From positions 138 through 64,137 of IMG/VR virus record IMGVR_UViG_2667527381_000001: DNA of 64,000 nucleotides. One strand, given 5' to 3'. Made by a program: the position numbers and the translations under genes. Shown in pieces: positions 60,201-64,000 of the stretch. The stretch's first letter is position 1. Each line of letters opens with the position of its first letter. The DNA is from a virus. Taxonomy: Duplodnaviria; Caudoviricetes. A model generated the notes under the pieces. It did no database searches. It saw nothing but the letters and a program-made list of their open reading frames with translations, and was not told where the DNA came from.

Positions 60201-60789
60201 GGCCGTTGCAGCTGTCGCGGCAGCCGGGATTTATCTCTGGCGGAACTGGGATGAGATCGGACCAAAGCTGAAGAAAACCTGGGCTGATTTGAAAGCATGG
60301 TTTCAGAATCTTTGGACATCGATCGCCAATACCGCAGGCGCCGCCTGGGGCTGGATCGGGGAAAAGCTCAGCATGGATCCAGTGGCCTGGGTGAAGGAAA
60401 AGTGGGAACGTTTCCTTGATTTTTTCAAAGGGATTTACGCGCGAATCAGGCCCTATATCTCAGGGATCTTTCCGTGGATGGAGAATGTCGGATCCGATAT
60501 CAAAGGCTTTCTCTCAGATGCCGCCACTGCCGGGAAAAGCACCCTTCAAGGCATGTTTGATTACTCAGGATTTAAATATGAGGCGCCGCCGTCCCACGCA
60601 ATTGAGAAGGCGGCCGGAGCCGCTGCACCCATCACCCAACGCAATGTGATCACGGTCAACGCCACGATTCATGTGGAGGCCGGTCCGGCAGCACCGGCCC
60701 AGGTTGCGAGCAGGATCAAGGGCGAGATTCAGTCGGCATTCCGAAACGTACCGAGCTTTTCATTTCTCGATCCGGTTGTGGTGAGCTGA
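57211..60789 (+). CDS. Tail tape measure protein (TP901 family core)
   Basis: EFEKAMVRVKAMSGA, LGSETIFTAKEVAEA, GIKGSMAGT; long coiled coil. Confidence 0.93.
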   Translation: MSRQVSVLIRAALDSAFKSTFQTADERLRGVNSALREMKRTASEMRGLQRTRDDIAGLTGKLEAQKKALSDVRGKLEQQKAAYAALDQRMESAREKVKQATEAHARHREELGRERAAIEASRRPTEEQIARLERLRNGLKEARDAKAAADRMLRGAEGALEGKRQFLAVTHSRIGTLEATRSAAIKGGAPEAEIQRITAALEKEKLKARELSDAMHIYEAEARRAAAAAAEAAARLDEMNRQLSEQKKLMSGMPTEEETAKLEALERQVHDSGRAMAEAKKEEKEATDAHRAHAKAASQAGESLEQLEKKERDHAASVAGTEHHIERAREASNRYSSSLQKQGLSVEDLTDAQRRHNQAIERQQYLARRQEELNRLRDRARDLRSQAMSHLYFTLGSGYLFTAPLRHALEFEKAMVRVKAMSGANSEEYRRLKDEARRLGSETIFTAKEVAEAYNELATAGYRTNDMIAIMPSMLALSESSMTSLARTAEITSEVLQGFRIDVSEMARVGDALTAAYSSSASSLESLGEMLKYAAAPAVDVGSSLEQTLAASSILHNTGIKGSMAGTSMRAIFLRMAKPPKELKRILDAMDISTVDKDNNVRNWMDVLSDINLRLKGAGSAKRAAVSKALGGEEHAPAASNLLAAVDSGALRFMERTLKLAGPFNLMAKRLLSMPDQDLKKASDSLGVKLNKAMSGGGMALAFAESLKGLKGEVFERQMGRIFSELNLTPTLEDIRPDEFVGTGKKVDDALKSLQISRTKPLGGTKTSEELTSEIKTRIQMLPMSEQLRFIEIFFLRTRSGVRELFMEFQKGGKNADQLIKALDEILNMEKAKKGLSESTINDLKKVESAWDDIKISLGNSLIPLLKDLLVTIQPIIDGLGKWLRENQTMAKNIMLGVGSLFAFSAAMAAAKFALSGFVDLWRVGKWGAGLFGPGTRGRRGFGWLRTGAGIGKNFLVEGLVKSGSLARSSLGVIMNAARAAGAALLAMGPAGWAVAAAVAAVAAAGIYLWRNWDEIGPKLKKTWADLKAWFQNLWTSIANTAGAAWGWIGEKLSMDPVAWVKEKWERFLDFFKGIYARIRPYISGIFPWMENVGSDIKGFLSDAATAGKSTLQGMFDYSGFKYEAPPSHAIEKAAGAAAPITQRNVITVNATIHVEAGPAAPAQVASRIKGEIQSAFRNVPSFSFLDPVVVS

Positions 60790-61229
60790 TGGCATTTGAT
60801 CCCATTCCGCTCTTTAAAAAAGAGGTCTTTGCACGTCTCGGGGATTTCAGTTTCGAGCTTCTGACGCTTTCCCCGGAGAAGGTTGAGCGCGAAACGGGCT
60901 ACAGGTGGGTGAAGCAGGAGCCCATCGGTGCTCTTCCTATTTACCAGTACATCGGTGTCATCGGAAAAGCCGCGGGACCGTCCGAGGACAAACTGACTGT
61001 TGCCGGTGTCCTTCATCCGGAATTTTCCGGGCGGATCGATCACCTGAAAAGGCTCCGGGACATGGCAGCCATTGGAAAACCGCAGCGGCTCATCTATGCC
61101 GACACGGAGATTGGTCAGAACCTTGGACTTTGGATCATTCAGAAGATCAAGGAAACGCGCTCCATCTTTTATGGTGACGGTATTCCACGCCGAGTTGAAT
61201 TCAGCATGGAGCTTGAGTTTTATGGCTGA
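60789..61229 (+). CDS. Tail protein U (P2 gpU-like)
   Basis: ARLGDFSF, YRWVKQE, IPRRVEFSMEL. Confidence 0.85.
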   Translation: MAFDPIPLFKKEVFARLGDFSFELLTLSPEKVERETGYRWVKQEPIGALPIYQYIGVIGKAAGPSEDKLTVAGVLHPEFSGRIDHLKRLRDMAAIGKPQRLIYADTEIGQNLGLWIIQKIKETRSIFYGDGIPRRVEFSMELEFYG

Positions 61230-61449
61230 ATGGCAGCTCAAGGACGGCGATGAACTCGACCTCATCTGCTGGAAATACTATGGGGATCTTCCCGGGGCGC
61301 TGGAAGCGGTGCTGAGAGCCAATTGGGAGAAGCTTCATCTATTCGATGACCTTGGAGAGGCAAAGTCCCTCCCAACAGCGGCATTCATAACCCTTCCCGA
61401 TTTAAAACGTCCAACCGCAGTCACAAATTCCATAAGGATTTTTGAATGA
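61222..61449 (+). CDS. Tail protein X (LysM-like)
   Basis: GDELDLICWKYYG...VLRAN; ATG 61222. Confidence 0.88.
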   Translation: MAEWQLKDGDELDLICWKYYGDLPGALEAVLRANWEKLHLFDDLGEAKSLPTAAFITLPDLKRPTAVTNSIRIFE

Positions 61450-62423
61450 TTCCAAACTTCCGTATCGAAACCAATGGCAGGGATTTGACCGAGGCAGTCC
61501 GCTCGCGGCTTTTAAAATTGACGGTGAAGGATGAGGCCTCCTGGAAATCTGATGCGATGACCCTGGAACTGATCGACGATGGCATTGAGTGGCCAAAGGC
61601 TGGCCAAGAGTTTTCCGTGGCCCTTGGCTATGACAACGTCCTGACCAGTGTCGGGCGCTTTGCCACAAAGCATGTCGGTGTTGCCATGGATGGAAAGCGG
61701 ATCGTCAAGATTGAGGCCGCAGCAATGGAGCAGAGCTCGTCGCTTAAAAGCCAGCGGGAGCAGTCCTGGGACGGGACCACGCTTGGCGCCATAGCAGAGG
61801 AGATTGTACGCCGCAACCAGCTCAAGCCGGCGATTTTCGATGAGCTGAAATCCATTGCGATCGAACACGAGGACCAGACTGAGTCCGATCTGGCTTTCCT
61901 TTGCCGTCTTGGGCGGCGTCATGATCTGACGGTCAAAGTCAGCGGTCGCTATCTGATGCTGACTCCTGCCGACAAAAGCGGGGCAAACCCGGATGGCACC
62001 ATTCCAGTCATTCGCATCGAAAAGCCGATCCGCTTTGAATATTCAGGCGATCAAACCCAGCGCTACACCGGAGTCCGAGCCTACTGGTACGACAATGAAG
62101 CTGGCGAAAAGCGCTATGTCATGTATGGCAAGGACGGCGTGGTTCTAGAGCTAGAATACAACAAGATCACGGAAGTGGGCGCGCGCAAAGCGGCTGAGGC
62201 AAAGTTCCGTGAGGTCGTGCGCAAAGGGAAAACCCTCACACTTACAGTTCCTGGCAATGTGCAATTGGCTGCGGAACGAAAAATTGATGTACGCGGCCTG
62301 GGACCTGGGATCGATAGCGAGTGGGTTATTAAGAGCGTCGAGCATTCGATCGACGGCGCCGGTTTTCAGAGCAATCTTGAATGCTCAATAGATGGATCCA
62401 GAGATGAGTTATCGAAATTGTAA
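61446..62423 (+). CDS. Baseplate hub / late control protein D-like
   Basis: PNFRIETNGRD, LGYD, DQTESDLAFLCRLGRR, VKSVEHSI. Confidence 0.9.
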   Translation: MIPNFRIETNGRDLTEAVRSRLLKLTVKDEASWKSDAMTLELIDDGIEWPKAGQEFSVALGYDNVLTSVGRFATKHVGVAMDGKRIVKIEAAAMEQSSSLKSQREQSWDGTTLGAIAEEIVRRNQLKPAIFDELKSIAIEHEDQTESDLAFLCRLGRRHDLTVKVSGRYLMLTPADKSGANPDGTIPVIRIEKPIRFEYSGDQTQRYTGVRAYWYDNEAGEKRYVMYGKDGVVLELEYNKITEVGARKAAEAKFREVVRKGKTLTLTVPGNVQLAAERKIDVRGLGPGIDSEWVIKSVEHSIDGAGFQSNLECSIDGSRDELSKL

Positions 62424-62493
62424 ATATGCACAAAGTATAAATTTTTCTTGAGTAGCAAGATATCAAATTTGTAAACTTGGTGAAGGTTGGATA

Positions 62494-62718
62494 ATGGAAT
62501 CTGGTAAGAAATTTGGTAGAAGAAACACTGTGCTCTTTGAAAATCAAATAGATAATATTTCTTCTCGCTACGTATGCTCTGACGAGCTTGCTAAGATTCT
62601 TGGCGTTTCTGTGCATGCAATTAGGAAGTGGCGTAGCCAAGGGAAGATTGTACCAAAAAAATTTGGACGCTCGGTGAGATATGTCGTCGCAGAAGTTGTT
62701 GCGACGCTTATCAAATGA
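62494..62718 (+). CDS. Excisionase-like HTH protein
   Basis: ELAKILGVSVHAIRKWRSQGKI...FGRSVRY; directly upstream of the integrase. Confidence 0.8.
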   Translation: MESGKKFGRRNTVLFENQIDNISSRYVCSDELAKILGVSVHAIRKWRSQGKIVPKKFGRSVRYVVAEVVATLIK

Positions 62719-62728
62719 AGGAATCATC

Positions 62729-64000
62729 ATGCGAAGCCGAGACGGTAAAGGATCATTTCTAAAGAACCCGAGTGGCACATATAAAGTTCGATTCACTGAC
62801 GAGCAGAATATTCGACGAAGCATCAATATCAAAACGGTAACGGAGCGAGACTTTTTGCTTCGCTGTATTCGCAGGCAGGAAGAACTTGATCAGTGGTTCC
62901 CTGGAGAAGCGTCTGCTCAAACATCAGCGGTAAGTAATTTCAAGGATCTCTCAGAGAAGTTTCTGGATCATCGTGCATCTGTGCGTGAGGTGGCTGAGTC
63001 GACCTTGAAAAACTATAGGGCTCAACTCAATCACCATATTCTTCCACTCATGGGAACAATAAAAGTAAACGATCTGAGTATTCGAGATATTGAGGCGCTC
63101 GCCAAGAAGTTAAAGCAGACGAAGCCAAAAACCCGACCATATTTAAGCATAAGAAAAGGACTTTTTGACGAAGGTGAGTTCTTGAGCAGCGCCTATCGGC
63201 GAGAGATTCTTACTTTAGCATGTACGATCTCAAAGTTTGGATTTTTGAGAGACTACATGAAGGACAATCCTTTTAAGGCTTTCGAGCTGCCTGAGTGCTG
63301 CGATCAGCCATATGATTACTGGCGGCCTGATGAAGAAGATAAGTTTCTCGATTGGCTTGAAAATGGGGGTTCTTATCAAAAGCCACATAGAAACAAATTA
63401 ATGGTCGATTACATTCGAGAATGGCAGGTATGGAATCACAAGAAAGTTTTTGAAGTGGTCCTGTTTGCTCTCCGGACTGGAATGCGAAAAGGGGAAATTA
63501 CATCGCTTTCTATGGATCATGTGAGCTTTTCTGAGAGGTTGATAACAGTTCAGTCAACGTGGAGTTTTAAAGGCAAAAAGCTGAATAACCAAACAAAGAA
63601 TGGCGGATTCAGGCGCATTGAGATGAACGATGATGTGTATGAGATTCTGCTTCAGTACAAAGACAATCCAGGTGACTTCCGACCGTTCTATTCCATCATG
63701 CGCAGCCACACAATCAAAAACTTTTCCAAGTTAACTAAACTGGCTGGGGTACGTGAGATTCATTTCCATGCATTGAGGCATACCTTTCTCACCAATCTGG
63801 CTAACGGAATTGGAATGGATGAACCGGTTGACATCATGAAGGTCAAAGAACTGGCAGGGCATTCGGACATTAAGACAACCATGATCTATGTGCACAGTAT
63901 AGGTGTCAAAAACACAAGCTCTCTGCAGTGGTCTCGAAAGGAAAGAAAAGCCAATTTAGAAAAAGTAATTCCTATAAAAAGAAAGGAGGCCAAGAGATGA
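62729..64000 (+). CDS. Tyrosine recombinase (phage integrase)
   Basis: LRTGMRKGE, HALRHT, LAGHSDIKTTMIYVH catalytic residues; stop at 63998..64000. Confidence 0.95.
   Translation: MRSRDGKGSFLKNPSGTYKVRFTDEQNIRRSINIKTVTERDFLLRCIRRQEELDQWFPGEASAQTSAVSNFKDLSEKFLDHRASVREVAESTLKNYRAQLNHHILPLMGTIKVNDLSIRDIEALAKKLKQTKPKTRPYLSIRKGLFDEGEFLSSAYRREILTLACTISKFGFLRDYMKDNPFKAFELPECCDQPYDYWRPDEEDKFLDWLENGGSYQKPHRNKLMVDYIREWQVWNHKKVFEVVLFALRTGMRKGEITSLSMDHVSFSERLITVQSTWSFKGKKLNNQTKNGGFRRIEMNDDVYEILLQYKDNPGDFRPFYSIMRSHTIKNFSKLTKLAGVREIHFHALRHTFLTNLANGIGMDEPVDIMKVKELAGHSDIKTTMIYVHSIGVKNTSSLQWSRKERKANLEKVIPIKRKEAKR

Larger units (their letters stand above)
435..64000 (+). mobile_element. Temperate prophage (lambda-like head, P2-like contractile tail, tyrosine integrase); left boundary and att sites not visible
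   Basis: Co-oriented replication/recombination, lysis, packaging, head, tail, xis and int modules in canonical phage order. Confidence 0.93.

Noticed and set aside
447-62391. Many antisense and alternate-frame ORFs in the track (e.g. 447..1367, 45101..45928, 50482..51426)
   Set aside because: Shadow ORFs of GC-rich phage genes with no motifs
51386-62423. Tailocin, eCIS or T6SS interpretation of the contractile tail genes
   Set aside because: Terminase, portal, capsid, replication genes and integrase are all present, so a prophage is simpler
1-64000. CRISPR array, tRNA or rRNA genes
   Set aside because: No regularly spaced repeat-spacer array or recognisable RNA gene seen

Overview
This window is a temperate prophage on the + strand with a lambda-like head and a P2-like contractile tail. 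The left arm (0.4-13.5 kb) carries a Toprim primase/SF2 helicase fusion, RecE-like nuclease, Sak4-like ATPase, SSB, RusA, antirepressor, GH108 endolysin and a papain-like peptidase. The right arm (43.5-64 kb) carries terminase, portal, S49 protease, decoration and major capsid proteins, baseplate, sheath, tube, tape measure, excisionase-like gene and tyrosine integrase. About 30 kb of AT-richer cargo lies between them. The cargo is built as two tandem homologous units, each reading [C1 peptidase - gpZ-like gene - variable cargo - SMI1/KNR4 gene - variable cargo - cos-like site], at ~12.2-33.9 kb and ~34.0-43.3 kb. Cargo includes a teneurin-like RHS toxin lacking the NHL propeller with a coupled immunity candidate, four paralogous secreted tail-fibre-like genes, an MmeI-like type IIL R-M enzyme, a RES toxin pair, a CPBP protease and several secreted proteins. 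The tail operon has no conventional fibre gene, its sheath is split into two in-frame ORFs, and a signal-peptide-bearing collagen-like gene sits between sheath and tube. All product calls are from motif recognition by eye, with no database searches. A Bdellovibrionota/Oligoflexia-like host is only a weak impression.
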